Source: Macrostomum hystrix (lineage: Eukaryota > Animalia > Platyhelminthes). From it: a DNA stretch of 64,000 nucleotides. Location of the stretch: positions 21,700,001 through 21,764,000 of the forward strand of contig CATNEN010000038.1 of the NCBI GenBank assembly GCA_950097015.1, read 5' to 3'. The translations under genes and the position numbers were made by a program. Position 1 is the first letter of the stretch. Every line of letters begins with the position of its first letter. The notes below the pieces were generated by a model. It saw only the letters and a list, made by a program, of their open reading frames with translations, was not told the DNA's origin and did no database searches. Positions 12,001 to 27,802 of this stretch are shown piece by piece.

Positions 12001-15000
12001 GGACAATGGCATCTCAAATTTGGGGATCAAGGTCAATGGCATCTCAAATTTGAGGATCAAGGACAATGGCATCTCAAATTTGAGTATAAAGGACAATGGC
12101 ATCTCAAATTTGGGGATCTAGGAGAATAGCATCTCAAATTTGGGGATCAAGGACAATGGCATCTCAAATTTGAGGATCAAGGAAATGGTATCTCAAATTT
12201 GGGGATCTAGGAGAATGGCATCTCAAATTTGAGGATCAAGGACAATGGCATCTCAAATTTGGGGATCAAGGACAATGGCATCTCAAATTTGAGTCTCAAG
12301 GACAATGGCATCTCAAATTTGAGTCTCAGGGACAATGGCATCTCAAATTTAAAATCTCAAGGACAATGGCATCTGAAATTTGGGGATCAAGGACAATGGC
12401 ATCTCAAATTTGGGGATCAAGGACGATGGCATCTCAAATTTGAGTATCAAAGACAATGGCATCTCAAATTTGGGGATCTAGGAGAATGGCATCTCAAATT
12501 TGGGGATCAAGGTCAATGGCATCTCAAATTTGGGGATCTAGGAGAATGGCATCTCAAATTTGGGGATCTAGGAGAATGGCATCTCAAATTTGGGGATCAA
12601 GGTCAATGGCATCTCCAACTTGAACTCACAAGGCAGGACTCGTAGCCGCAAGCCAGCAGTCTCAGAGAGCCAGGTGGTGCATCGGCAGGTAGAAGAGTGC
12701 GCACTGATTTCAAAGTGGCCAATTGCAAATTCATATAGCGGCAGAGGCCCCATAGGTGCAGTCGATTATCGCTGCGTGTTATAGCGGCGCACAGGTAGGC
12801 TTTAGTGTCGACCTGGGCCACGTCACCAGCCGGCAGAAGCAGGCGATTGGGTCCGCCGCCAGTTGTCAGTTCCAATGGCGTCGATGATTTCTGCGGCTCC
12901 GTGTGCAACAGCTGATTGCGAGAATTGGCCCCGGAAGCGAATAGTCGACCCGAGCCAGTCAGGAATAGGGTGTGGTCGCGACCGCAGGCTACTCGGCTGG
13001 CTAATAGGCGAGTTTTCAGCTGGGATGCGGCCGCTGAGCTGCCACCAACAGATGCTGAGGAAATTAAGGGAAATAAATTTGAATGACAATTGAAATTCTC
13101 TTTACTATTTTTCTTTTCCCAAAACACACCAAGGTCTTACGAAATTGTACCATTCCGTCTCAAATGATCCCACCATCCGCTCTTCCCATCAAACCCTCTA
13201 TCGAAATCAAAATGTTTCCTTTTCCCTAATCCCATCCTTGCCTCTTCCGTAATCCCATCCTTGCCTCTTCCGTAATCCCATCCTTGCCTCTTCCGTAATC
13301 CCATCCTTGCCTCTTCCGTAATCCCATCCTTGCCTCTTCTGTAATCCCATCCTTGCCTCTTCCGTAATCCCATCCTTGCCTCTTCCGTAATCCCATCCTT
13401 GCCTCTTCCGTAATCCCATCCTTGCCTCTTCCGTAATCCCATCCTTGCCTCTTCCGTAATCCCATCCTTGCCTCTTCCGTAATCCCATCCTTGCCTCTTC
13501 CGTAATCCCATCCTTGCCTCTTCCGTAATCCCATCCTTCCCTCTTCCGTAATCCCATCATTCCCTCTTCCGTAATCCCATCCTTGCCTCTTCCTTAATCC
13601 CATCCTTGCCTCTTCCGTAATCCCATCCTTCCCTCTTCCGTAATCCCATCATTCCCTCTTCCGTAATCCCATCCTTGCCTCTTCCTTAATCCCATCCTTG
13701 CCTCTTCCGTAATCCCATCCTTCCCTCTTCCGTAATCCCATCATTCCCTCTTCCCTAATCCCATCCTTGCCTCTTCCGTAATCCCATCCTTGCCTCTTCC
13801 GTAATCCCATCCTTGCCTCTTCCGTAATCCCATCCTTGCCTCTTCCTTAATCCCATCCTTCCCTCTTCCGTAATCCCATCCTTGCCTCTTCCTTAATCCC
13901 ATCCTTGTCTCTTCCGTAATCCCATCCTTGCCTCTTCCGTAATCCCATCCTTGCCTCTTCCTTAATCCCATCCTTCCCTCTTCCGTAATCCCATCCTTGC
14001 CTCTTCCGTAATCCCATCCTTGCCTCTTCCGTAATCCCATCCTTGCCTCTTCCGTAATCCCATCCTTCCGTCTTCCCTAATTCCATTCTTGCCTCTTCCC
14101 TAATTCCAACCTTCTCTTTTCCGTAATCCCATACTTCTCTTATCCTTAATCCCAAATCTTATCCTTCCCTCTTCCGTAATCCCATCCTTGCCTCTTCCTT
14201 AATCCCATCCTTGCCTCTTCCGTAATCCCATCCTTGCCTCTTCCGTAATCCCATCCTTGCCTCTTCCTTAATCCCATCCTTCCCTCTTCCGTAATCCCAT
14301 CCTTGCCTCTTCCTTAATCCCATCCTTGCCTCTTCCGTAATCCCATCCTTGCCTCTTCCGTAATCCCATCCTTGCCTCTTCCTTAATCCCATCCTTCCCT
14401 CTTCCGTAATCCCATCCTTGCCTCTTCCGTAATCCCATCCTTGCCTCTTCCGTAATCCCATCCTTGCCTCTTCCGTAATCCCATCCTTCCGTCTTCCCTA
14501 ATTCCATTCTTGCCTCTTCCCTAATTCCAACCTTCTCTTTTCCGTAATCCCATACTTCTCTTATCCTTAATCCCAAATCTTATCCTTCCCTCTTCCGTAA
14601 TCCCATCCTTGCCTCTTCCCTAATTCCATCCTTCTCTTTTCCGTACTTCTCTCATCCTTAATCCCTAATCTCATCCTTCCGTTTTGCCTACTCTCTTAAC
14701 GATATTTCGTATCCTAATTCTATTTTATCCTCCCTAATCCCATTCTTCTCTCATTCCTGAATGTCTCTCAATCTTCCTCATTCCAAACCTTCCAACGCAG
14801 GCGGCAGCTTGACTTGAACCAGTTCTGGCTGGCGCCGGTTCTCGCAATCGTCCAAGCCCAGCTGACCCAGCGCGTTCCAACCCCAGGTGTAGACCTCGCC
14901 CTCGCCGTTAACTGAATTATCGCCTGCTTTCGCCTCAACGATACAGGCGCTAGTATAGTGACCAGCCGAGATCTGGACTACCCGGCGACTCGCCAATCCT

Positions 15001-18000
15001 ACAACTGGTCGCAACAGCAGCAAAGCCTCTTCGCCATCACCACTCTCGCCGTTGACAACGCCTGCTTTAACGCCGATGCCCAATTGTCCGTAAGCGTTTG
15101 AGCCGGCTGATAGCAGGCGCCCGTCATTGAGCAGGACAAGAGCGTGACGAAGGCCGGCTGAAACGGCAACGACGCCTGGCTGATGAAGCACGCGCGGCGG
15201 AGAAAGCAGGGTTGGACAATAGAAATGCAAGTTACTGTCAGCATAGGCTAGTAGGTAGTTCAGAGAGATAGCCAAGGCTGTTGAATTCGATGATGGAGAC
15301 TGTAGCTGCTGCTGCTGAGTTATTAATCGCGAATTTAGCTGATCAGCAAGCAGTGGACACGGATTCTGTTTCGTGGCAGTTTTCAAGGTGAATCCGACCG
15401 CTTTACGACCGAAATAACGACAGCCGAGGGACGCCCAGCGTCTTGTCAGGGGCCGATGCGGCTGCTGCGAATGGGAGGGATCCGGGGGCATCAGGGTGTC
15501 TCATGACTGAAGCATCAGGGTGTCTCATGACTGAAGCATCAGGGTGTCTCATGACTGAAGCATCAGGGTATCTCATGACTGAAGCATCAGGGTGTCTCAT
15601 GACTGAAGCATCAGGGTGTCTCATGACTGAAGCATCAGGGTGTCTCATGACTGAAGCATCAGGGTGTCTCATGACTGAAGCATCAGGGTGTCTCATGACT
15701 GAAGCATCAGGGTGTCTCATGACTGAAGCATCAGGGTGTCTCATGACTGAAGCATCAGGATGTCTTATGACTGAAGCATCAGGGTGTCTTATGACTGAAG
15801 CATCAGGGTGTCTCATGACTGGAGCATCAGGGGGTAGAGGGTTCTTATGACAAGCATCAGGGGGTTGAGGTATCTCATTACTGAAGCATCAGGGCGTAGA
15901 GGGTTCTTATGACAAGCATCAGGGGGTTGAGGTATCTCATTACTGAATCATCAGGGGGTTGAGGTGTCTCATAACTGAAGCATCAGGGTGTCTGATGAGT
16001 GAAGCATCAGGGCGTAGAGGGTTCTTATGACAAGCATCAGGGGTTGAGGTATCTCATTACTGAATCATCAGGGGGTTGAGGTATCTCATGACTGAAGCAT
16101 CAGGGGGTTGAGGTGTCTCATGACTGAAGCATCAGGGGGTTGAGGTGTCTCATAACTGAAGCGTCAGGTGTTAAATTACTGAATAATTAGGATTAAGTGG
16201 TGTATCACGAATAAAGCATCAGGCGATAAGGATCAGGGCTGTCCCATATAAGCTAGATTCGCTGACCTTATGAATCAGAAACCAAGTCGGACTAGCATCG
16301 GGACGAAACCAGCTTTCTAGAAGGCGTTGAAGTTCATCGTCACTGTCGCTGTCTACAGCGGCAGCATCACTGCTCATTAGCTCATCCAGTCGAGAGTCCA
16401 ATGCGTCGCAGAGAGCGTCCAACGGCTGATCGGAGCCTGTCTGCAGGACTCCATTGATTAATTCGGCAGGTAGATAGCGCAGGAACTGACGCAGGGTTCT
16501 ATTTGCTAGGCGCGGCGACATTGGCGACAGGGCGGCGACGCGGTCGAGCACGGCGGTCAGGCACTCGGATGTGACGCGCAGATTCTGGGGCGAATGACGG
16601 AGAGAACTCGGTTGGCTAAGAAACTGGGAGTACTCACAATTTGAGGATCTGGGAAGGACAAGATGGAGATCTGGGAGAGACAAGATGAGGATTTGGGAGA
16701 GACAAGATAAGGATCTGGGAGAGACAAGATGAGGATCTGGGAGAGACAAGATGAGGATCTGGGATAGACAAGATAAGGATTTGGGAGAGACAAGATAAGG
16801 ATCTGGGATAGACAAGATAAGGATCTGGGAGAGACAAGATGAGGATCTGGGAGAGACAAGATGAGGATCTGGGAGAGACAAGATGAGGATCTGGGAGAGA
16901 CAAGACAATGATCTGGGAGAGACAAGATGAGGATCCGGGAGAGACAAGATAATGATCTGGGAGAGACAAGATAAGGATCTGGGATAGACAAGATAAGGAT
17001 CTGGGAGAGACAAGATGAGGATCTGGGAGAGACAAGATGAGGATCTGGGAGAGACAAGATGAGGATCTGGGAAGGACAAGATGAGGATCTGGGAGAGACA
17101 AGATGAGGATCTGGGAGAGACAAGATAATGATCTGGGAGAGACAAGATGAGGATCTGGGAGAGATACGATAAGGATCTGGGAAGGACAAGATGAGGATCT
17201 GGGAGAGACAAGATGAGGATCTGGGAGAGACAAGATGAGGATCTGGGAGAGACAAGATAATGATCTGGGAGAGACAAGATGAGGATCTGGGAGAGACAAG
17301 ATGAGGATCTGGGAAGGACAAGATGAGGATCTGGAAGAGACAAGATGAGGATCTGGGAGAGACAAGATAATGATCTGGGAGAGACAAGATGAGGATCTGG
17401 GAGAGATACGATAAGGATCTGGGAAGGACAAGATGAGGATCTGGGAGAGACAAGATGAGGATCTGGGATTTCGCGGGTGCTTCGGAGGATTTTATGTATA
17501 CACCTTAGGAGGCAGATTTTCTAAATCCAACTATTTTAGCATGCTATTATAGACGGGAAAAGTACAATTTCTCAGCCAAATCAAGACTGACTGGTGTACT
17601 ATAATAGTTATTTGTATAAATAACTGGCAAACACACAACACAAACACTCACACAGGCACTTGATGGCCTAGTAGATAGGCAGGCACGAACATGCAATCCT
17701 AAGCTATACCTAATACAACAGATACTATTCAGGACTTTTATGAAAAAAATCCTGGGAATAAACACTTAAGGAGAATAGAAGTGCTTGAAGGAGCAACTAT
17801 AAGGAAGGCAGTAATGGCATTGTTATGAGTTGCTTGTCCAGTCTAAACAAAAATTTCTCCAGCTCATTTAGTTTGCAAAGTGAAGTGCTACGGGATAAGG
17901 TAGACACTACTGAACAGACAATTTAGGGCAGAGAAGAGCGAACAGGAAAATGGGAGTAACTTGATTAGATGCGAGAAATGGGAGAGTGGCTTTGCGAAAT

Positions 18001-21000
18001 TAGATTTGCGACTATGAAGAAATGAAGTCTTAAAGTGTTGGGCAAAAGGTTTTCAAATCAAATAATAATTCTTTCTGGGCACCGACTGGCTAAGAGGGAA
18101 GGAAAAAGAACACAATAACAAATTTGATCGTTTGACAGAAAAGTTATTGTGTGTGTGTGTGCCTGTTTGTCAGCTGGAAAACTAACAGACAGAGACAAGA
18201 TGAGGATCTGGGAAAGACAAGATGAGGATCTGGGAGATACAAGATGAGGATCTGGGAGAGACAAGATGAGGATCTGGGAGATACAAGATGAGGATCTGGG
18301 AGAGACAAGATGAGGATCTGGGAGAGACAAGATGAGGATCTGGGAGAGACAAGATGAGGATCTGGGAGAGACAAGATGAGGATCTGGGAGAGACAAGATG
18401 AGGATCTGGGAGAGATAGGATAAGGATCTGGGAGAGACAAGATGAGTATCTGGGAGAGACAAGATGAGGATCTGGGAGAGACAAGATGAGGATCTGGGAG
18501 AGACAAGACAATGATCTGGGAGAGACAAGATGAGGATCCGGGAGAGACAAGATAATGATCTGGGAGAGACAAGATAAGGATCTGGGATAGACAAGATAAG
18601 GATCTGGGAGAGACAAGATGAGGATCTGGGAGAGACAAGATGAGGATCTGGGAGAGACAAGATGAGGATCTGGGAAGGACAAGATGAGGATCTGGGAGAG
18701 ACAAGATGAGGATCTGGGAGAGACAAGATAATGATCTGGGAGAGACAAGATGAGGATCTGGGAGAGATACGATAAGGATCTGGGAAGGACAAGATGAGGA
18801 TCTGGGAGAGACAAGATGAGGATCTGGGAGAGACAAGATGAGGATCTGGGAGAGACAAGATAATGATCTGGGAGAGACAAGATGAGGATCTGGGAGAGAC
18901 AAGATGAGGATCTGGGATAGACAAGATAAGGATTTGGGAGAGACAAGATAAGGATCTGGGATAGACAAGATAAGGATCTGGGAGAGACAAGATGAGGATC
19001 TGGGAGAGACAAGATGAGGATCTGGGAGAGACAAGATGAGGATCTGGGAGAGACAAGACAATGATCTGGGAGAGACAAGATGAGGATCCGGGAGAGACAA
19101 GATAATGATCTGGGAGAGACAAGATAAGGATCTGGGATAGACAAGATAAGGATCTGGGAGAGACAAGATGAGGATCTGGGAGAGACAAGATGAGGATCTG
19201 GGAGAGACAAGATGAGGATCTGGGAAGGACAAGATGAGGATCTGGGAGAGACAAGATGAGGATCTGGGAGAGACAAGATAATGATCTGGGAGAGACAAGA
19301 TGAGGATCTGGGAGAGATACGATAAGGATCTGGGAAGGACAAGATGAGGATCTGGGAGAGACAAGATGAGGATCTGGGAGAGACAAGATGAGGATCTGGG
19401 AGAGACAAGATAATGATCTGGGAGAGACAAGATGAGGATCTGGGAGAGACAAGATGAGGATCTGGGAAGGACAAGATGAGGATCTGGGAGAGACAAGATG
19501 AGGATCTGGGAGAGACAAGATAATGATCTGGGAGAGACAAGATGAGGATCTGGGAGAGATACGATAAGGATCTGGGAAGGACAAGATGAGGATCTGGGAG
19601 AGACAAGATGAGGATCTGGGATTTCGCGGGTGCTTCGGAGGATTTTATGTATACACCTTAGGAGGCAGATTTTCTAAATCCAACTATTTTAGCATGCTAT
19701 TATAGACGGGAAAAGTACAATTTCTCAGCCAAATCAAGACTGACTGGTGTACTATAATAGTTATTTGTATAAATAACTGGCAAACACACAACACAAACAC
19801 TCACACAGGCACTTGATGGCCTAGTAGATAGGCAGGCACGAACATGCAATCCTAAGCTATACCTAATACAACAGATACTATTCAGGACTTTTATGAAAAA
19901 AATCCTGGGAATAAACACTTAAGGAGAATAGAAGTGCTTGAAGGAGCAACTATAAGGAAGGCAGTAATGGCATTGTTATGAGTTGCTTGTCCAGTCTAAA
20001 CAAAAATTTCTCCAGCTCATTTAGTTTGCAAAGTGAAGTGCTACGGGATAAGGTAGACACTACTGAACAGACAATTTAGGGCAGAGAAGAGCGAACAGGA
20101 AAATGGGAGTAACTTGATTAGATGCGAGAAATGGGAGAGTGGCTTTGCGAAATTAGATTTGCGACTATGAAGAAATGAAGTCTTAAAGTGTTGGGCAAAA
20201 GGTTTTCAAATCAAATAATAATTCTTTCTGGGCACCGACTGGCTAAGAGGGAAGGAAAAAGAACACAATAACAAATTTGATCGTTTGACAGAAAAGTTAT
20301 TGTGTGTGTGTGTGCCTGTTTGTCAGCTGGAAAACTAACAGACAGAGACAAGATGAGGATCTGGGAAAGACAAGATGAGGATCTGGGAGATACAAGATGA
20401 GGATCTGGGAGAGACAAGATGAGGATCTGGGAGATACAAGATGAGGATCTGGGAGAGACAAGATGAGGATCTGGGAGAGACAAGATGAGGATCTGGGAGA
20501 GACAAGATGAGGATCTGGGAGAGACAAGATGAGGATCTGGGAGAGACAAGATGAGGATCTGGGAGAGATAGGATAAGGATCTGGGAGAGACAAGATGAGT
20601 ATCTGGGAGAGACAAGATGAGGATCTGGGAGAGACAAGATGAGGATCTGGGAGAGACAAGATGAGGATCTGGGAGAGACAAGATGAGGATCTGGGAGAGA
20701 CAAGATGAGGATCTGGGAGAGACAAGATGAGGATCTGGGAGAGACAAGATGAGGATCTGGGAGAGACAAGATGAGGATCTGGGAGAGACAAGATGAGGAT
20801 CTGGGAGAGATAGGATAAGGATCTGGAAAGGACAAGATGAGGATCTGGGAGAGACAAGATGAGGATCTGGGAGAGACAAGATGAGGATCTGGGAGAGACA
20901 AGATGAGGATCTGGGATAGACAAGATAAGGATTTGGGAGAGACAAGATAAGGATCTGGGATAGACAAGATAAGGATCTGGGAGAGACAAGATGAGGATCT

Positions 21001-24000
21001 GGGAGAGACAAGATGAGGATCTGGGAGAGACAAGATGAGGATCTGGGAGAGACAAGACAATGATCTGGGAGAGACAAGATGAGGATCCGGGAGAGACAAG
21101 ATAATGATCTGGGAGAGACAAGATAAGGATCTGGGATAGACAAGATAAGGATCTGGGAGAGACAAGATGAGGATCTGGGAGAGACAAGATGAGGATCTGG
21201 GAGAGACAAGATGAGGATCTGGGAAGGACAAGATGAGGATCTGGGAGAGACAAGATGAGGATCTGGGAGAGACAAGATAATGATCTGGGAGAGACAAGAT
21301 GAGGATCTGGGAGAGATACGATAAGGATCTGGGAAGGACAAGATGAGGATCTGGGAGAGACAAGATGAGGATCTGGGAGAGACAAGATGAGGATCTGGGA
21401 GAGACAAGATAATGATCTGGGAGAGACAAGATGAGGATCTGGGAGAGACAAGATGAGGATCTGGGAAGGACAAGATGAGGATCTGGGAGAGACAAGATGA
21501 GGATCTGGGAGAGACAAGATAATGATCTGGGAGAGACAAGATGAGGATCTGGGAGAGATACGATAAGGATCTGGGAAGGACAAGATGAGGATCTGGGAGA
21601 GACAAGATGAGGATCTGGGATTTCGCGGGTGCTTCGGAGGATTTTATGTATACACCTTAGGAGGCAGATTTTCTAAATCCAACTATTTTAGCATGCTATT
21701 ATAGACGGGAAAAGTACAATTTCTCAGCCAAATCAAGACTGACTGGTGTACTATAATAGTTATTTGTATAAATAACTGGCAAACACACAACACAAACACT
21801 CACACAGGCACTTGATGGCCTAGTAGATAGGCAGGCACGAACATGCAATCCTAAGCTATACCTAATACAACAGATACTATTCAGGACTTTTATGAAAAAA
21901 ATCCTGGGAATAAACACTTAAGGAGAATAGAAGTGCTTGAAGGAGCAACTATAAGGAAGGCAGTAATGGCATTGTTATGAGTTGCTTGTCCAGTCTAAAC
22001 AAAAATTTCTCCAGCTCATTTAGTTTGCAAAGTGAAGTGCTACGGGATAAGGTAGACACTACTGAACAGACAATTTAGGGCAGAGAAGAGCGAACAGGAA
22101 AATGGGAGTAACTTGATTAGATGCGAGAAATGGGAGAGTGGCTTTGCGAAATTAGATTTGCGACTATGAAGAAATGAAGTCTTAAAGTGTTGGGCAAAAG
22201 GTTTTCAAATCAAATAATAATTCTTTCTGGGCACCGACTGGCTAAGAGGGAAGGAAAAAGAACACAATAACAAATTTGATCGTTTGACAGAAAAGTTATT
22301 GTGTGTGTGTGTGCCTGTTTGTCAGCTGGAAAACTAACAGACAGAGACAAGATGAGGATCTGGGAAAGACAAGATGAGGATCTGGGAGATACAAGATGAG
22401 GATCTGGGAGAGACAAGATGAGGATCTGGGAGATACAAGATGAGGATCTGGGAGAGACAAGATGAGGATCTGGGAGAGACAAGATGAGGATCTGGGAGAG
22501 ACAAGATGAGGATCTGGGAGAGACAAGATGAGGATCTGGGAGAGACAAGATGAGGATCTGGGAGAGATAGGATAAGGATCTGGGAGAGACAAGATGAGTA
22601 TCTGGGAGAGACAAGATGAGGATCTGGGAGAGACAAGATGAGGATCTGGGAGAGACAAGACAATGATCTGGGAGAGACAAGATGAGGATCCGGGAGAGAC
22701 AAGATAATGATCTGGGAGAGACAAGATAAGGATCTGGGATAGACAAGATAAGGATCTGGGAGAGACAAGATGAGGATCTGGGAGAGACAAGATGAGGATC
22801 TGGGAGAGACAAGATGAGGATCTGGGAAGGACAAGATGAGGATCTGGGAGAGACAAGATGAGGATCTGGGAGAGACAAGATAATGATCTGGGAGAGACAA
22901 GATGAGGATCTGGGAGAGATACGATAAGGATCTGGGAAGGACAAGATGAGGATCTGGGAGAGACAAGATGAGGATCTGGGAGAGACAAGATGAGGATCTG
23001 GGAGAGACAAGATAATGATCTGGGAGAGACAAGATGAGGATCTGGGAGAGACAAGATGAGGATCTGGGATAGACAAGATAAGGATTTGGGAGAGACAAGA
23101 TAAGGATCTGGGATAGACAAGATAAGGATCTGGGAGAGACAAGATGAGGATCTGGGAGAGACAAGATGAGGATCTGGGAGAGACAAGATGAGGATCTGGG
23201 AGAGACAAGACAATGATCTGGGAGAGACAAGATGAGGATCCGGGAGAGACAAGATAATGATCTGGGAGAGACAAGATAAGGATCTGGGATAGACAAGATA
23301 AGGATCTGGGAGAGACAAGATGAGGATCTGGGAGAGACAAGATGAGGATCTGGGAGAGACAAGATGAGGATCTGGGAAGGACAAGATGAGGATCTGGGAG
23401 AGACAAGATGAGGATCTGGGAGAGACAAGATAATGATCTGGGAGAGACAAGATGAGGATCTGGGAGAGATACGATAAGGATCTGGGAAGGACAAGATGAG
23501 GATCTGGGAGAGACAAGATGAGGATCTGGGAGAGACAAGATGAGGATCTGGGAGAGACAAGATAATGATCTGGGAGAGACAAGATGAGGATCTGGGAGAG
23601 ACAAGATGAGGATCTGGGAAGGACAAGATGAGGATCTGGGAGAGACAAGATGAGGATCTGGGAGAGACAAGATAATGATCTGGGAGAGACAAGATGAGGA
23701 TCTGGGAGAGATACGATAAGGATCTGGGAAGGACAAGATGAGGATCTGGGAGAGACAAGATGAGGATCTGGGATTTCGCGGGTGCTTCGGAGGATTTTAT
23801 GTATACACCTTAGGAGGCAGATTTTCTAAATCCAACTATTTTAGCATGCTATTATAGACGGGAAAAGTACAATTTCTCAGCCAAATCAAGACTGACTGGT
23901 GTACTATAATAGTTATTTGTATAAATAACTGGCAAACACACAACACAAACACTCACACAGGCACTTGATGGCCTAGTAGATAGGCAGGCACGAACATGCA

Positions 24001-27000
24001 ATCCTAAGCTATACCTAATACAACAGATACTATTCAGGACTTTTATGAAAAAAATCCTGGGAATAAACACTTAAGGAGAATAGAAGTGCTTGAAGGAGCA
24101 ACTATAAGGAAGGCAGTAATGGCATTGTTATGAGTTGCTTGTCCAGTCTAAACAAAAATTTCTCCAGCTCATTTAGTTTGCAAAGTGAAGTGCTACGGGA
24201 TAAGGTAGACACTACTGAACAGACAATTTAGGGCAGAGAAGAGCGAACAGGAAAATGGGAGTAACTTGATTAGATGCGAGAAATGGGAGAGTGGCTTTGC
24301 GAAATTAGATTTGCGACTATGAAGAAATGAAGTCTTAAAGTGTTGGGCAAAAGGTTTTCAAATCAAATAATAATTCTTTCTGGGCACCGACTGGCTAAGA
24401 GGGAAGGAAAAAGAACACAATAACAAATTTGATCGTTTGACAGAAAAGTTATTGTGTGTGTGTGTGCCTGTTTGTCAGCTGGAAAACTAACAGACAGAGA
24501 CAAGATGAGGATCTGGGAAAGACAAGATGAGGATCTGGGAGATACAAGATGAGGATCTGGGAGAGACAAGATGAGGATCTGGGAGATACAAGATGAGGAT
24601 CTGGGAGAGACAAGATGAGGATCTGGGAGAGACAAGATGAGGATCTGGGAGAGACAAGATGAGGATCTGGGAGAGACAAGATGAGGATCTGGGAGAGACA
24701 AGATGAGGATCTGGGAGAGATAGGATAAGGATCTGGGAGAGACAAGATGAGTATCTGGGAGAGACAAGATGAGGATCTGGGAGAGACAAGATGAGGATCT
24801 GGGAGAGACAAGATGAGGATCTGGGAGAGACAAGATGAGGATCTGGGAGAGACAAGATGAGGATCTGGGAGAGACAAGATGAGGATCTGGGAGAGACAAG
24901 ATGAGGATCTGGGAGAGACAAGATGAGGATCTGGGAGAGACAAGATGAGGATCTGGGAGAGATAGGATAAGGATCTGGAAAGGACAAGATGAGGATCTGG
25001 GAGAGACAAGATGAGGATCTGGGAGAGACAAGATGAGGATCTGGGAGAGACAAGATGAGGATCTGGGAAGGACAAGATGAGGATCTGGGAGAGACAAGAT
25101 GAGGATCTGGGAGAGATAGGATAAGGATCTGGAAAGGACAAGATGAGGATCTGGGAGAGACAAGATGAGGATCTGGGAGAGACAAGATGAGGATCTGGGA
25201 GAGACAAGATGAGGATCTGGGAGAGACAAGATGAGGATCTGGGAGAGACAAGATGAGGATCTGGGAGAGACAAGATGAGGATCTGGGAGAGACAAGATAA
25301 GGATCTGGGAGAGACAAGATGCGGATCTGGGAGAGACAAGATGAGGATCTGGGAGAGACAAGATGAGGATCTGGAAAGGACAAGATGAGGATCTGGGAGA
25401 GACAAGATGAGGATCTGGGAGAGACAAGATGAGGATCTGGGAGAGACAAGATGAGGATCTGGGAGAGACAAGATGAGGATCTGGGAGATACAAGATGCGG
25501 ATCTGGGAGAGACAAGATGCGGATCTGGGAGAGACAAGATGAGGATCTGGGAGAGACAAGATGAGGATCTGGGAGAGACAAGATGAGGATCTGGGAGAGA
25601 CAAGATGAGGATCTGGGAGAGACAAGATGAGGATCAGGAAAAGACAAGATGAGGATCTGGGAGAGACAAGATGAGGATCTGGGAGAGACAAGATGAGGAT
25701 CTGGGAGAGACAAGATGAGATTCTGGGAAGGACAAGATGAGGATCTGGGAGAGACAAGATGAGGATCTGGAAAGGACAAGATGAGGATCTGGGAGAGACA
25801 AGATGAGGATCTGGGAGAGACAAGATGAGGATCTGGGAGAGACAAGATGAGGATCTGGGAGAGACAAGATGAGGATCTGGGAGAGACAAGATGAGGATCT
25901 GGGAGAGACAAGATGAGGATCTGGGAGAGACAAGATGAGGATCTGGGAGAGACAAGATGAGGATCTGGGAGAGACAAGATGAGGATCTGGGAGAGACAAG
26001 ATGAGGATCTGGGAGAGACAAGATGAGGATCTGGGAGAGACAAGATGAGGATCTGGGAGAGACAAGATGAGGATCTGGGAGAGACAAGATGAGGATCTGG
26101 GAGAGACAAGATGAGGATCTGGGAGAGACAAGATGCGGATCTGGGAGAGACAAGATGAGGATCTGGGAGAGACAAGATGAGGATCTGGGAGAGACAAGAT
26201 GAGGATCTGGGAGAGACAAGATGAGGATCTGGGAAGGACAAGATGAGGATCTGGGAGAGACAAGATGCGGATCTGGGAGAGATAGGATAAGGATCTGGAA
26301 AGGACAAGATGAGGATCTGGGAAGGACAAGATGAGGATCTTGGAGAGATAGGATAAGGATCTGGAAAGGACAAGATGAGGATCTGGGAGAGACAAGATGA
26401 GGATCTGGGAGAGACAAGATGAGGATCTGGGAAGGACAAGATAAGGATCTGGGAAAGACAAGATGAGGATCTGGGAGAGACAAGATGAGGATCTGGGAGA
26501 GACAAGATGAGGATCTGGGAGAGACAAGATAAGGATCTGGGAGAGACAAGATGAGGATCTGGGAGAGACAAGATGAGGATCTGGGAAGGACAAGATGAGG
26601 ATCTGGGAGAGACAAGATGAGGATCTGGGAGACAAGATGAGGATCTGGGAAGGACAAGATGAGGATCTGGGAGAGACAAGATGAGGATCTGGAAAGGACA
26701 AGATGAGGATCTGGGAGAGACAAGATGAGGATCTGGGAGAGACAAGATGAGGATCTGGGAAGGACAAGATAAGGATCTGGGAAAGACAAGATGAGGATCT
26801 GGGAGAGACAAGATGAGGATCTGGGAGAGACAAGATGAGGATCTGGGAGAGACAAGATGAGGATCTGGGAGAGACAAGATGAGGATCTGGGAAGGACAAG
26901 ATGAGGATCTGGGAGAGATAGGATAAGCATCTGGAAAGGACAAGATGAGGATCTGGGAGAGACAAGATGAGGATCTGGGAGAGACAAGATGAGGATCTGT

Positions 27001-27651
27001 GAAGGACAAGATAAGGATCTGGGAGAGACAAGATGAGGATCTGGGAGAGACAAGATGAGGATCTGGGAGAGACAAGATGAGGATCTGGGAAGGACAAGAT
27101 GAGGATCTGGGAGAGACAAGATGAGGATCTGGGAGACAAGATGAGGATCTGGGAAGGACAAGATGAGGATCTGGGAGAGACAAGATGAGGATCTGGAAAG
27201 GACAAGATGAGGATCTGGGAGAGACAAGATGAGGATCTGGGAGAGACAAGATGAGGATCTGGGAAGGACAAGATAAGGATCTGGGAAAGACAAGATGAGG
27301 ATCTGGGAGAGACAAGATGAGGATCTGGGAGAGACAAGATGAGGATCTGGGAGAGACAAGATGAGGATCTGGGAGAGACAAGATGAGGATCTGGGAGAGA
27401 CAAGATGAGGATCTGGGAAGGACAAGATGAGGATCTGGGAGAGATAGGATAAGCATCTGGAAAGGACAAGATGAGGATCTGGGAGAGACAAGATGAGGAT
27501 CTGGGAGAGACAAGATGAGGATCTGTGAAGGACAAGATAAGGATCTGGGAGAGACAAGATGAGGATCTGGGAGAGACAAGATTAGGATCTGGGAGATACA
27601 AGATGCGGATCTGGGAGAGACAAGATGAGGATCTGGGAGACAGACAGACAG

Positions 27652-27738
<87 letters not shown>

Positions 27739-27753
27739 GTCAGACAGACAGAA

Positions 27754-27802
<49 letters not shown>

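Noticed and set aside
13137-14576. GLRKRQGWDY-repeat ORFs
   Set aside because: Three-frame translation of a 23-bp intronic repeat.
17547-17765. 72-aa ORF present in four copies
   Set aside because: Non-ATG start, no recognisable motif, and repeated only because the whole segment is duplicated.
16557-27601. Very long S/L/P/D-rich ORFs of up to 1064 aa
   Set aside because: Open in all three frames because the 22-bp unit has no stop on that strand; they lie inside a phase-consistent intron.
16640-27640. CRISPR-like repeat/spacer appearance
   Set aside because: Repeats are contiguous, the intervening segments are identical ~720-bp copies rather than unique spacers, there are no cas genes, and the context is eukaryotic.
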